From: a virus
DNA: 64,000 nt
Reading direction: 5' to 3' (one strand)
Virus record (IMG/VR): IMGVR_UViG_3300037852_000415
Coordinates: 13,345-77,344 of that record
Shown one piece after another: positions 1-9,876 of this stretch. Each line of letters starts with the position of its first letter. Positions within the stretch are counted from its first letter, which is position 1. The notes below the pieces were generated by a model. The model did not search any database, was not told where the DNA came from, and saw only the letters and a list, made by a program, of their open reading frames with translations. Made by a program: the position numbers and the translations under genes.

Positions 1-2
1 CG

Positions 3-1565
3 GAAACACCCGACGGCATTACCATCATCAACGCGTTGGGCGGAGGGCAATGGATACGCCTCATAGAGCCCAGTCTTTTTTGGCAAGAGCAAGTGCGTTG
101 GGATGTCGACCCCGTAACCGGTAACGACGAGAATAACGGCATCAGTCCTGCGACACCGCTGAAGACGGCCGCCGAGTACACACGTCGTACCGGCACCGGT
201 GACAACCGTGTAGTCTTCGGGCAGGTGGATGTGTTTATACATAACAGCCTTCCGGCGACAGACCAGTTGCTATTCGCTGCGCACTTCCAGAGCCAATCGA
301 GCGTGCTCAACTTCCATGGGGTACCGGCCGTAGCGCACTCGGGCACGCTATCGGGATTCGACCAGTACAACCAGGTCGCCGGAACGGCGACGCAGATTCA
401 CGACGCCGCCGCCCTCGACTTTACCCCATTCGTAGGGCAGCAGGTGCTTATCACTAGTGGCGCCGCTGCGGGTAGCCGAGGCAATATCCTCAAGGCTGTA
501 AGCGCCGGTATAGCGCGTCTAGATTGGCTGACGCAGCCTACCGCGGGCAATATCGTGAACCCTACCTTCATAGCGCCCAGCCCGGGCGATACGTATGAGA
601 TTCTCACACTCCCGGTGGCGCCTAACTTTGCGCAAGACACCACCGGGTTCAGTAGCGACAACGCCCTGAATGTTGCCCAAGCATTCGTGGAGTTGCTCGA
701 CTTCGGTGACGCCGTACCCCCCGACGGTATCGCGAGCTCCACGCTGCCTATCAGTATCTACTACTGCCGCTTTCCTGGTGTGACGGAGGCTGAAGGCAGT
801 AGCTACTTCGGCTGTCTGTTTACCGGAGGTGGATTTAGCCCGCTCATCACTTCCGCACTAACCGTGTGCGGGGTGCTCAACAGCTTCATCTTGTCAGGCA
901 GCGGTAATGGCGTCTTGTGCTATGGCGTCGTCCTGCAGAACAGCAACATAGCCATACAAGAGAACGGCTTCGTCGAGGCGCATACACTAGACTTGGGTAT
1001 CGGTATATTCGATAGCGATTCGGTCATCACTACTGGTGAGCCGGAGACCGGGTATTTCTTCATCGAGGGTATCCTCTGGGGATCGAACAATACGACCTTC
1101 ATCTTCAGCCTCACCGCAGGAAGCCAAGTCATCTTGAGCAACTCCTTCGCTACCACGCTCGCCGTAACGGGCGGGGGCGGAGGGTACCATGACGTCATCA
1201 TCAACGGGCACACGACGTTGCCCGCATTCGATCCCTCTACGGGACTGTTCACGGCGCCAGTGGCGCTGAGCTTCGCGAATATCAAGGCGACTATCGCCGC
1301 GGGCGGCTTCAACGGCAACGTGTGGGATCCGGGCAACCCTGTTACTGGGTTCTTCTGTCCTAACGGCGCGCTGACGACTTCGCTACTCACCTCCAACGGT
1401 AATGGGAGTGCCGGAGCGGTCACACAGGCGGAAGCGACTACGGAACCTACCTCTAACCCTACGGCGGCGGCTATCGAGTTCGTGGGCGCGGCGGGTGGCG
1501 CTAATCCCGGCGCGCGGATCAACAGGGGCCCTCTGGGTACCATCACTACAATGGCGCCGGCATAA
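3..1565 (+). CDS. 5'-truncated spike/receptor-binding protein, probable beta-helix
   Basis: Frame is open from the window start (ETPDGITIINALGGGQWIRL). WDVDPVTGNDENNGISPATPLKT matches the motif that precedes pectin-lyase-like beta-helices. G/S/T/N-rich. Confidence 0.6.
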   Translation, partial: ETPDGITIINALGGGQWIRLIEPSLFWQEQVRWDVDPVTGNDENNGISPATPLKTAAEYTRRTGTGDNRVVFGQVDVFIHNSLPATDQLLFAAHFQSQSSVLNFHGVPAVAHSGTLSGFDQYNQVAGTATQIHDAAALDFTPFVGQQVLITSGAAAGSRGNILKAVSAGIARLDWLTQPTAGNIVNPTFIAPSPGDTYEILTLPVAPNFAQDTTGFSSDNALNVAQAFVELLDFGDAVPPDGIASSTLPISIYYCRFPGVTEAEGSSYFGCLFTGGGFSPLITSALTVCGVLNSFILSGSGNGVLCYGVVLQNSNIAIQENGFVEAHTLDLGIGIFDSDSVITTGEPETGYFFIEGILWGSNNTTFIFSLTAGSQVILSNSFATTLAVTGGGGGYHDVIINGHTTLPAFDPSTGLFTAPVALSFANIKATIAAGGFNGNVWDPGNPVTGFFCPNGALTTSLLTSNGNGSAGAVTQAEATTEPTSNPTAAAIEFVGAAGGANPGARINRGPLGTITTMAPA

Positions 1566-1568
1566 GAG

Positions 1569-1958
1569 ATGTCTCTACGATTCTGCCAACACCCGTGGCT
1601 CACCGACGTTATAGACACGACGAACGCCGTCGCTACGGCCTCTACAGCTACGCAGTTCGCGCCCCCGAGCGGTTCCGCTGGGATGATAGAGGTACGGGGC
1701 GTAGCGCGCCTCACGAGCGGCGCCTCGAGCGGGCACAGCGCTCCGTTCTACCTCGCGCAGGGGTTCAGCGACATCGGCGGCGTCGTCACGATGGAGGGGT
1801 CCGTGACGACCCTCGTCGCTATCTCATCGGGTAACGCGGCGCTGTCGACTGTCACCGTCACTATAGGGATCACGGCGAGCAAGGTAACGGTAACAGTTAC
1901 GGGCATCGCGGCTACGAACATCGAGTGGCTCCTCGATGTGAGGTTTACAGGCAACTAG
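1569..1958 (+). CDS. small beta-rich virion/spike-associated protein
   Basis: 129 aa, alternating T/V beta pattern, 3 nt after the spike gene. Confidence 0.45.
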   Translation: MSLRFCQHPWLTDVIDTTNAVATASTATQFAPPSGSAGMIEVRGVARLTSGASSGHSAPFYLAQGFSDIGGVVTMEGSVTTLVAISSGNAALSTVTVTIGITASKVTVTVTGIAATNIEWLLDVRFTGN

Positions 1959-2020
1959 CTCTTCCGTATGCAGTGTCGACGGCGGCGCCGAGCGTGCTAC
2001 TCTGCCTGAAGAGGTAGCCC

Positions 2021-2257
2021 ATGTCTTTCGCCATCATCCCCGAATGCCAACTCGCCATCGCCGTCACGGCGGGCGGGCGCTTCCGCTACAAGCACCGCGA
2101 GCGGTTCGTGCGTACCCTGCTCGTCTTCTACGCTGCGGCCGGGTTCAATGTTACGGGCCGTACCAACGCCAACGTCGCGGAATTGCGCGTAGGCACGCGC
2201 ACCCCCGCAACACGCAACGTGTGCCTACAGCAAGGCACCATGAAGGCCCGCGGCTAA
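2021..2257 (+). CDS. hypothetical protein
   Basis: GAGG RBS before ATG; TG-c-TACTCT -10-like box at 1998-2003. Confidence 0.45.
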   Translation: MSFAIIPECQLAIAVTAGGRFRYKHRERFVRTLLVFYAAAGFNVTGRTNANVAELRVGTRTPATRNVCLQQGTMKARG

Positions 2258-2374
2258 CCCTTGCGGCGCGTTTGGGGTGTGCCCCTAGACGATCTGCTTT
2301 GGTGGTACATCTTCGCCGCCGTTTCGGGTGCGGTGACGGCTTACGCCGTGGCGACTGTGTGCTAAAGTAGCCCC

Positions 2375-2629
2375 ATGAAGCTCGCACCCAGTGTTACGGT
2401 CGGTTTGGCGCAAGCGCCCGCAGCTGGGCAGCCCACAGCGGCTAGCCCCTGGTCTACGGGGTTCGTACCGTTCCTATCCGGCGCTGTGGCGCTGGGTACG
2501 GCGGGGGCCCTCGCGGGGTACTTCATCACGAAGAAGCCTACGCGCGGCGCCGTAGCGGGGGCAGCAATCGGTATTAGCATCCCCCTCGCCGCCCACCTCT
2601 ATTCGGGGCTCAGCGGGAATCAGGGGTAG
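2375..2629 (+). CDS. small membrane protein (VGLAQ motif, two hydrophobic segments)
   Basis: Hydrophobic helices; TAAAGT box 6 nt before ATG. Confidence 0.6.
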   Translation: MKLAPSVTVGLAQAPAAGQPTAASPWSTGFVPFLSGAVALGTAGALAGYFITKKPTRGAVAGAAIGISIPLAAHLYSGLSGNQG

Positions 2630-2632
2630 TCG

Positions 2633-3163
2633 ATGACGGCATCTATCGCCTGCCCCCAGGGCTTCACGCTTCTACCCGACGCCGACGTCACCCCCGCAAT
2701 CAGTGCACGCGCCGTAGCGCTTCTCACGCAGTGGCGGGGGCAACTCGCCGCCGGCACCGCCGTCGTGGGCACCACGCAGAGCGTCGAGTGGACCGGCGAG
2801 ATTCTCTGCGACTATCGCTTCGAGTGGCATCCCCCCGACGCGCAAAACTCAAGTGAGCACACCGGCGTCACCGTCTACTATTGCAAAGGAGCGGTAGCCT
2901 CCCCTTTAGGGCCGAGCTCGGTACCAACCTCGTCGTCGCCGCCGTGTCCTTCGCCGTCGTCGGCAGCGGCCTCGCCCTCGCCGCCTGGGTCCTCCGAAAG
3001 CCCCGCCGAGCCTGGAAACGCCTCAAGCCCGCCGGCTACTACGACTACCGGAAGCGGCGCAAGCACAGGTAGCCCCAGCGCGCCTCGGAGGCCCGTCGTC
3101 GAGGCCATCGACGCCGTCGAGCACGTCGTCGAAGCCATCATCCAAGAAGTGAAGAAGCTCTAA
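2633..3163 (+). CDS. hypothetical protein with P/S-rich linker
   Basis: 176 aa, tightly packed between neighbours. Confidence 0.6.
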   Translation: MTASIACPQGFTLLPDADVTPAISARAVALLTQWRGQLAAGTAVVGTTQSVEWTGEILCDYRFEWHPPDAQNSSEHTGVTVYYCKGAVASPLGPSSVPTSSSPPCPSPSSAAASPSPPGSSESPAEPGNASSPPATTTTGSGASTGSPSAPRRPVVEAIDAVEHVVEAIIQEVKKL

Positions 3164-3249
3164 TGTGGCGCAAGCGCACAGGCGTTGGGTGAGGGCAGAA
3201 GCGCACGCCGGTCGGCGTCGTCGGCGAAGTCGGTTTAGGAGATTCCCCC

Positions 3250-3849
3250 GTGACAGCTCTCGACAACGCAATCGCATCTTTGGCGCAAGCGCAAGCTACG
3301 TGGAACACGTGGATGGGTGGAAGTCTCCCCGGCGACCTGCAGCATGGTGTAGCCGCCTACCAAGCCGCTGACGAAGCCAGCCTCGCTGCCGCCGCCTACG
3401 CCGCCAACCTAGCCCCCGGCACGCCCGCCGCCAACATGGCCCAGGGGAACGCCTTCGCGTGCAGTTCGGCGCGGCTAGCGCTCGATGCCGCGCTAAGCGC
3501 TTGGCTGAACCAATACGGGCAGGATGTCGCCTTCTGGCAGTCGGGGAACTACCGCCAGCAAGCGCAGACGATTCTCTTCGCTCTGGCGCCGGCCACGATT
3601 CAAGCGGCGCAGGCAGCGGTGCCGCCGGCAAGGTTCAATTTCAACTTGCCTAGAAGCAATTGGCAGCAGGGAAGAGTCGTGGCAACGAACCCTCGTAACA
3701 GCCGCGTCGGCGTGGGGCAGACGGCGGCTTCCACCTTCGCCCCCGGGGGCACCGCGACGCCGCTCATCATCTTCTCTCTACTCGGCATCGCTGGGCTAGC
3801 GGCGATGGCAATCATCAGCGAGAAGTTCGCAAGCAAAAAGCAGAGGTAG
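3250..3849 (+). CDS. tail-anchored membrane protein (GVGQ motif, C-terminal TM and basic tail)
   Basis: Ends RVGVGQ...LIIFSLLGIAGLAAMAIISEKFASKKQR. The true start may be ATG 3163 across an in-frame TGA (see findings). Confidence 0.65.
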   Translation: MTALDNAIASLAQAQATWNTWMGGSLPGDLQHGVAAYQAADEASLAAAAYAANLAPGTPAANMAQGNAFACSSARLALDAALSAWLNQYGQDVAFWQSGNYRQQAQTILFALAPATIQAAQAAVPPARFNFNLPRSNWQQGRVVATNPRNSRVGVGQTAASTFAPGGTATPLIIFSLLGIAGLAAMAIISEKFASKKQR

Positions 3850-3851
3850 CT

Positions 3852-4409
3852 ATGGGGTGGGAGGAAGGTTACGCGCCGCTCGAGGGCTGGAGTAACTTCC
3901 AGTCGCTGTATCAAGACGCCATCAACGCCGCGCCTGCGAAAGGCGCTGTCTTCGTCGAGATGGGCGTCGCTCTCGGCCGCTCCGCCTTCATGATGGCGGA
4001 TATGATTGCGAAGAGTAAGAAGGACATCACCTTCTTCGCTATCGACCTCTGGGATACGGTGCCAGCTCGCCAGTGGGCCGGTTTTGCCAACGACTTCTTC
4101 GGGCAGTTCCTCGAAGGCGCCGTCAAGCACGCTCGGGGGCTACTGAAACACGTACGCATCCTACGCCTCGACAGCGTCGCCGCCAGTAAGGCGTTCGCAG
4201 ACGCAAGTATAGACTTCTGCTTCATCGACGGAGAACACTGGTACGACCCCGTAAGACGCGACGTTCTCACTTGGCTGCCCAAAGTGAAGCCGGGGGGAGT
4301 TATAGCGGGGCACGACTACGATCAGCCCCAGTTGAAGCGCGCCGTCATCGACATCTTCGGAGAAGGCCGTGTGGAGCCGGTGGCTACGAGTTGGCGCGTT
4401 CGCGTGTAG
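3852..4409 (+). CDS. class I SAM methyltransferase (Methyltransf_24-like)
   Basis: VEMGVALGRS, IDLW, FIDGEHWY, KVKPGGVIAGHDY motifs. Confidence 0.85.
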   Translation: MGWEEGYAPLEGWSNFQSLYQDAINAAPAKGAVFVEMGVALGRSAFMMADMIAKSKKDITFFAIDLWDTVPARQWAGFANDFFGQFLEGAVKHARGLLKHVRILRLDSVAASKAFADASIDFCFIDGEHWYDPVRRDVLTWLPKVKPGGVIAGHDYDQPQLKRAVIDIFGEGRVEPVATSWRVRV

Positions 4410-4580
4410 CGCGGCACTCTGCGTCGGCTGCGCTGGCTGGCAAGCGACGGCGCTCAACACTGCGAAGACGTGGGCTAAAACTGGAAGCCTCTACAGAAGC
4501 CAGCATACGCATGTCGGCATCCGCCCCAGCTTCGATTCAGGGGTAGCTGTCGAAGTGCGCGTCACTACCGACAAGATGCC

Positions 4581-4880
4581 CTAGAGGCACGTCTGAATGA
4601 CGGTGGCGAGGATGGCGCCGATGAATAGGCCAGTCACTACCAGCAACCCGAAGTTGACATAGCTACGAATCTTCTCGGCGTGCGCCAACGTCGAGATGTC
4701 TACGTCGGTGTCGTCGCGCAGCTTCTTCGACGCGCCCCGTATAGGTACCATGCGTACTGTCTGCTTGTTTTCCTCGGCTACCCAGAGCTCCGCGGTGCGC
4801 TTGCCGACGCGGCCGGAGCCGCCGCAGAGGGGGCAGCCCCCGCGGCACATGGGGCAATCGACGGCGGGGCGCTTCATCAT
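4581..4880 (-). CDS. Zn-finger protein with C-terminal TM
   Basis: CPMCRGGCPLCGGSG; hydrophobic C-terminus. Confidence 0.55.
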   Translation of the reverse strand: MMKRPAVDCPMCRGGCPLCGGSGRVGKRTAELWVAEENKQTVRMVPIRGASKKLRDDTDVDISTLAHAEKIRSYVNFGLLVVTGLFIGAILATVIQTCL

Positions 4881-5101
4881 CTTACTAGTCTAGCCGATGA
4901 AGTACTCGACGCGTACCGGACACCAGGGGAGCCTGAGAAGCCAGTACCACGCGCAAAGGCGCGCTCGCCAGAATGAGGCGCAGTAGTAAACGTCACGCCC
5001 GGCCTCGCAGGCGAGCCCGCAGGCGGCGCAGCCGACGACGACACGCCACTTGCCAGGAGGCATAAGAGCGGGGGCGGCTGCGCTACGGAATGGGTGCATA
5101 T

Positions 5102-5563
5102 TCATGGGTGGTACTTGCAGGGCAGCGCCTGCGCGCAGCTGGGGCAGAGATTCGGATGCGCCGACTGTTTGAAAAACGCCATCATCCGAGCGCCCTCATC
5201 GACAGTCGGCGTCGTCAAGACTTCGTCGCGCACCGGCGGCGCGCTTGCCGGTGGAAACTCCACGAGCACGAATCGCTTGCGGCTCCACCTGAAGCCGCCG
5301 ACGAGCACACCGTCGATAGCCGTGTGCTTGTCGCCGGGGTAGATGGCGCCTTTCACAAGCTCCCCGTCTGGGTCGTTGCACTTCCACCAGCCGAATTCGC
5401 CGGTGACACCTTCGTGGAATCTATCTCGGGGGTAGTCGCCGCCGGCCACAGCGTCGAGCCTAAGGCAGCACATGCAGGGGGCGATGTACTTCACACTGTA
5501 GACTTGATTCGACAGTATCGCCCCGTCAGCGCTTCCCATGCCGTCTTTCACCTTGACGAGCAT
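5102..5563 (-). CDS. hypothetical protein
   Basis: Part of a coupled minus-strand operon, 4581-8439. Confidence 0.55.
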   Translation of the reverse strand: MLVKVKDGMGSADGAILSNQVYSVKYIAPCMCCLRLDAVAGGDYPRDRFHEGVTGEFGWWKCNDPDGELVKGAIYPGDKHTAIDGVLVGGFRWSRKRFVLVEFPPASAPPVRDEVLTTPTVDEGARMMAFFKQSAHPNLCPSCAQALPCKYHP

Positions 5564-5564
5564 G

Positions 5565-5876
5565 TCAATTGCTCCCCGAGGGCATCGGCGGCGTCGACGG
5601 CGGCTCGTCTAGCGTCTCGCGGAGCTCGGCTTCCCAGTCGTTGGCGCCGCGCGTGACGCCGAGACACAGCCCCGATACTGCTGACTTGAGTGCCGCAGAG
5701 ATATCTGGCTGGCACAAGACGCAGTCGGCGAGTACCGCCACGATGCCGGATACGACGACGTCGGAGCCTAGCCCCTCAGCGCTCTGCAAGCGCTTCACGA
5801 CCTCGAAGATGGTGTCGTAGACGTACTTGATGCGCGCGCCCTCTTCGGGGGTGCTCCAGCGAATGCCCTCGCTCAC
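5565..5876 (-). CDS. hypothetical protein
   Basis: 4-nt overlap with the upstream gene. Confidence 0.55.
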   Translation of the reverse strand: MSEGIRWSTPEEGARIKYVYDTIFEVVKRLQSAEGLGSDVVVSGIVAVLADCVLCQPDISAALKSAVSGLCLGVTRGANDWEAELRETLDEPPSTPPMPSGSN

Positions 5877-6127
5877 TTCTTCGGCCCTTGGTGCGGCGCC
5901 GTCTCGGGTGCTTCGTTGACAGGGGCCGCTAACAGGAGCTCTCCGAGGAGCGCCTGCACGCAGATGGCCGCCGCCTTGTAGGGCTCGGGGTTGTGCCGCA
6001 ACACGTTCAAGAGCGCCGTCAAGAGCGACTCAGCGAGCTCCTTGCTCGAAGCGCCTGCCTCGTGCGCGCGTCCGCACGCATCCCAGATCTCCTTGTCGAA
6101 GTCAGTCCAGTGTTCGCGAGTAGTCAT
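5873..6127 (-). CDS. hypothetical protein
   Basis: GAGGAG RBS on the minus strand. Confidence 0.55.
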   Translation of the reverse strand: MTTREHWTDFDKEIWDACGRAHEAGASSKELAESLLTALLNVLRHNPEPYKAAAICVQALLGELLLAAPVNEAPETAPHQGPKK

Positions 6128-6181
6128 CGGTGTCTCTCCTCTCGGCTGATGCGCAGACGGTAGTTACGGCGCGCGCACTCG

Positions 6182-6538
6182 TCAAGTGACGAGCCCGTCA
6201 TCGCTTGAAGTAACGAGCCCGCCGTCGCTTGTTGCAGCGAAGGCGGCAAATGCGCGTACGACTTCGGGGCAATATACGAGCCATTCCTTCCACCCCCGAG
6301 CACCGGGGGCGAGGTGGGTGTTGTAGTCCTGCCACTTACGCAGCTTGCGGAGCAGCGCCGCGTGCTCCTTGATGGTGCCGGCGAAGTATCCGACCAGCTT
6401 GAGGCGGGGTGCGCCGGGGCCCATCTGTTTTTGACGTTGCGCCACGCGCTCACGGGGGCTGCCGACGGCGCAAAACCCGATGACGGCGACGCCCCCCTCT
6501 TCGATGAGCCTCGCGAGGTATATAGCGCCCGTGCTCAT
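6182..6538 (-). CDS. degenerate T5orf172/MUG113-like GIY-YIG protein
   Basis: AIYLAR..VIGF..PRERVAQRQ..P.LKLVGYFAGT..EW pattern, parallel to its neighbour. Confidence 0.5.
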   Translation of the reverse strand: MSTGAIYLARLIEEGGVAVIGFCAVGSPRERVAQRQKQMGPGAPRLKLVGYFAGTIKEHAALLRKLRKWQDYNTHLAPGARGWKEWLVYCPEVVRAFAAFAATSDGGLVTSSDDGLVT

Positions 6539-6942
6539 CGGTGTTGCCTAGCATCGTGACCTACGGCCCCGCATTGCTGACAGGTACGAACCGCTACCTC
6601 GCGTACGGGCACGCCACTCGCTTTTTTAGCTATGCGCCGCAGAGACGCGTTCTCGATCCATGGTATCGCTTCTTTTCGGTACCACTCACCTCGGATGCGG
6701 AATCGATGTAGCGCGTTATGTAGCCTAGCTTCGTCCTTAGCCGTACCGTCGACCTCGCCCAAAAACTCCAGTACGTGCGGTGTGCCCACCTGCAGTAGCG
6801 AACGTCTAGTGCGGCTCTCCAGGGACGTCCAACCGATCTTTATGGCGCCACACCCGCACCCGCACCGCATAATGTATACGCAACCGCGTTCATCTACGCC
6901 TGTGTCTACACTCCAGTAATTAGTGCCCATTAGACCTACCAA
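6535..6942 (-). CDS. T5orf172/MUG113 GIY-YIG family nuclease
   Basis: VYIMR, IKIGWT, LQVGTP, E..LH, RIRGEWY. Confidence 0.8.
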   Translation of the reverse strand: MVGLMGTNYWSVDTGVDERGCVYIMRCGCGCGAIKIGWTSLESRTRRSLLQVGTPHVLEFLGEVDGTAKDEARLHNALHRFRIRGEWYRKEAIPWIENASLRRIAKKASGVPVREVAVRTCQQCGAVGHDARQHR

Positions 6943-6984
6943 CCCTAACCTTTGTAGTAAGTTGAAACCTCTAGCCGATATATC

Positions 6985-8439
6985 CTAGGTCGTATCTTCA
7001 CCGTCGTCATCTGTGGCCTGGAGTTTACGAGTCTGGACTTTTGTTGAGGATGGTCGGCCGGAAGTGCCTTTTTCAGGCAGTTTTATCACCTGAGCTGCTT
7101 TGCCCCCCTCGGGGGCCGGCTTGGGTGGTCGAACGTACTCGTACCCGGCGTGCTCGCTCCCGATGTACACGCGGCGCCGTTCCCAGCCTAGTTTCCGCAG
7201 AATCGCGCTCACCCTCATGTGTTCGGCGCGCGTGATGCGGCTCGTATCGATCCCCAGGGGGCCGGTGAGGATGTCCTCCATTCGTACGCTTCTGCCGGGC
7301 GGCGAGAAGTGGTGTTCCTCCCCGAAGCGCTCCACGTCGAGCCCGAGCTTGAGGTACCTCCCGATGAGAGGCTCCCAGGGGTCCAACTGGCGGCGCGCCT
7401 CCTGCTCCTTCTCGAATTCCGCGATGAGCGCCTTGTCGATAAGGTGCCACCGTTCCTTCTTCTTGTATCGTGCAACGGCTTCAGCCCAGAGCTGCTCCCT
7501 CTCCGCTTTCAGCGCTTTGATGTCGACGCGCGACACCTTGATAGGCCAGAAGCGCCGCCCCCCGGTGTCGTCCTTCAAGTACTCGTCGGCGTTCGTCGTC
7601 GCGGCAAACGCGCACCGCCGGGGGAAGTTTTCAGTAACTCTTCCGTAGCTCTTTCGGTACGTATCCTTCTGTGCGGTGATGTACGCCTTCGCTCTCGACA
7701 AGTCGCTTCGATTGAGGCTGTCCAACTCGGCGAGCTCGATGATCCACTTGCCGCGCAGAAGCTGAAAGCTGTCTTTGTTGCCGAGCTCGATGGATGTTTC
7801 GAGAAACCACTCCTCATCGGGGCAGAGCATACGCAGGAGGGTTGACTTACCAACGCCCTGAAGCCCCTCGAAGATGGGGACGGTGTCGACTTTGCACCCC
7901 GGCTCGTAGACGCGCGCCACGGCGGCGATGAGGAACTTCGCGCTGATGGCGCGGTTGACGGCGTTGTCGGTGGCGCCTGCAATGCGCACAAGCCAATCGT
8001 CAACTCTTCGCTTGTTATCCCAGCGAAGCTTCTCGAGCCACTCTTGGATGGGGTGGAAGCTGTTTTTCTTAGCGACGACAGATACCACCTCCTGCACCGT
8101 GCCGGGGGTGACACTGAGCGCGAAGGTACTGCGCGCGAGCCAGTTCGCGAGGCGCACCGCATCGTCGTCACCCCACGGGGTGCCGAGTTGCTTACCTATG
8201 CGGTCTTCCGCGCACCACTGCGGCTCTTTGCGGAACATCACGCACCCCGCAAACTCGTCGAACGCGAGCACCCCCTTCCATGCCTCCTGGTGGCAGAGGA
8301 TGATGCCTACATTGGCGCCGCAGCTTTTAGGGTACTCTCCGCTCTTCGCCTGCACCATGACGAGAAGGTTCTGCCACCTGCCCGAAGGCTCTCTCGTGGG
8401 AGCCTTGGGCGTCTTGCCCGTCTTCGCCATCTGCACCAC
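6985..8439 (-). CDS. VapE/VirE-family P-loop helicase
   Basis: AVARVYEPGCKVD, Walker A GLQGVGKS, WIIELAEL, TTN..EYLKDDTGGRRFWP. Confidence 0.9.
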   Translation of the reverse strand: MVQMAKTGKTPKAPTREPSGRWQNLLVMVQAKSGEYPKSCGANVGIILCHQEAWKGVLAFDEFAGCVMFRKEPQWCAEDRIGKQLGTPWGDDDAVRLANWLARSTFALSVTPGTVQEVVSVVAKKNSFHPIQEWLEKLRWDNKRRVDDWLVRIAGATDNAVNRAISAKFLIAAVARVYEPGCKVDTVPIFEGLQGVGKSTLLRMLCPDEEWFLETSIELGNKDSFQLLRGKWIIELAELDSLNRSDLSRAKAYITAQKDTYRKSYGRVTENFPRRCAFAATTNADEYLKDDTGGRRFWPIKVSRVDIKALKAEREQLWAEAVARYKKKERWHLIDKALIAEFEKEQEARRQLDPWEPLIGRYLKLGLDVERFGEEHHFSPPGRSVRMEDILTGPLGIDTSRITRAEHMRVSAILRKLGWERRRVYIGSEHAGYEYVRPPKPAPEGGKAAQVIKLPEKGTSGRPSSTKVQTRKLQATDDDGEDTT

Positions 8440-8456
8440 CTGCGAGTCGCGGAGTC

Positions 8457-8485
8457 TTGACGCGACCGTGAGTGAGATGTATACG
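8457..8485 (+). promoter_or_regulatory. sigma70-like promoter at a divergence point
   Basis: TTGACG-17nt-TATACG between divergent operons. Confidence 0.4.
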
Positions 8486-8538
8486 TCTTTGGTGCAGGAG
8501 CCGCAAGGCTCGACAGCAGGTGGAAAGGGGAATCGGTT

Positions 8539-8778
8539 ATGGCAGACGACATCAAGGTGGACGTCAGGACGAGTACGTCTTCAGCGAACTACAGAACGGT
8601 GCGCGTCACGAGCGACCACCGCACTATTGCGGTCACGAGCTACAACGGCGCTCTGCCGTACGTAACGCAGGAATCGCTGATGCTATCGATGGCAGACATT
8701 AGAAACTGGCCGGCTATCAGGGCCCTCGTCGACCGCGCGTTCGCCGAGTGGGAGATTGCCTTCGCGGGGAAGCCGTGA
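8539..8778 (+). CDS. hypothetical protein
   Basis: AGGGGA RBS; first gene of the + strand operon. Confidence 0.55.
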   Translation: MADDIKVDVRTSTSSANYRTVRVTSDHRTIAVTSYNGALPYVTQESLMLSMADIRNWPAIRALVDRAFAEWEIAFAGKP

Positions 8779-9081
8779 CTCGTGATCGCAAAGGTAGGCC
8801 GAGCCGCAAGGTTGTCGGCGACAACATCATCTACGTGCGCTTTGGCGAGCACGACGTAGAAGTGCGCGCTGGCTACGGCGAGAGCGTGCGTGTGCAAAAC
8901 GCGATCGCACGCTGGCTCGACCAGCCTGTTTTTATCGAGAGGAAGCAGCGCGCGTGATTCACTGGCTGCCTAAGGAGGCGCTCGATAGGGTGGTGCGCGA
9001 GCACCCACTGTTCGTAATCTGCATCCTTATCGCCGGGCTCTCGCTCGTGTCGTTTGCTGGCTGGATTCTCTGGAGCACGCC

Positions 9082-9360
9082 ATGAAAGCGCTCTTGGTGC
9101 TTTCGTTGTTGCTACTTACATGTTGTGCGCAGACGGCGCGCGGCATCGTCGTCAGAGATGAGCAAGTCACTCGCTGCGACGGCTACGGACGTGAGGCGAA
9201 CGCGTGCTGGTCTGGGCTCGTATGGGTGGGGCATGAAGTCGAGACCTGCGACTTGCGGCTGCCTCTTGCTGGCGCGCCTCGGTGGGAGAACTGCCGCGTT
9301 ACTAGAACCGATAGGTGGGGCTTCACGACGACGCAATATGAAGACGGAGAGATAAGATGA
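9082..9360 (+). CDS. putative lipoprotein
   Basis: MKALLVLSLLLLTC signal/lipobox-like N-terminus. Confidence 0.5.
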   Translation: MKALLVLSLLLLTCCAQTARGIVVRDEQVTRCDGYGREANACWSGLVWVGHEVETCDLRLPLAGAPRWENCRVTRTDRWGFTTTQYEDGEIR

Positions 9361-9749
9361 CGGATGACGACATCAGGGCGCAGGCGCAGGCGGTGCGGGC
9401 ACAACACCCTCGCGCCGCGGCTGCTATCGTGGAGCTCCTGCGTCAACGCGATGAGGCAAAAGAGATGCTGCGGCGAGAGACGGGCACGCTCGAGAAGATG
9501 GCTGAAGAGCATGTTGACGCGATGGCCGCACTAGAGATGAAAGTCGCGGGGGCGACCGCGCCAGTCGACGCCTTGCGCGCGAAGCTGGCAGATGTCACAC
9601 GCGTCGGTTCACTGCTCGCGAACGCCGCCTTCAACCTGAGTCAGAACGAAGAGCTCGCGGCGGAGATTACGGACCTACTGCGCAACCTGTCGAGAGAGTG
9701 GGATAGAGCCTTCGCGCGGGCCGCGGTCGCTATTGAGGCGAAGCCGTGA
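9357..9749 (+). CDS. coiled-coil hypothetical protein
   Basis: Heptad-like, ATGA overlap, GGAG RBS. Confidence 0.55.
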   Translation: MTDDDIRAQAQAVRAQHPRAAAAIVELLRQRDEAKEMLRRETGTLEKMAEEHVDAMAALEMKVAGATAPVDALRAKLADVTRVGSLLANAAFNLSQNEELAAEITDLLRNLSREWDRAFARAAVAIEAKP

Positions 9750-9876
9750 AGACGTGGCTCACCGAGGTATGGCGTCTACTCGAGGTTCTCGCCGGTGTCA
9801 CGTTCGCCGTCACCGCGTTTCTCTTCTTCGTGTCCGTCATCTTCGCTATCTGGGAACACCGCGAGCGAGACAAGCG

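Noticed and set aside
3190-3192. Genome-wide TGA recoding
   Set aside because: TGA ends many genes with ATGA/GTGA coupling, and conserved enzymes are uninterrupted.
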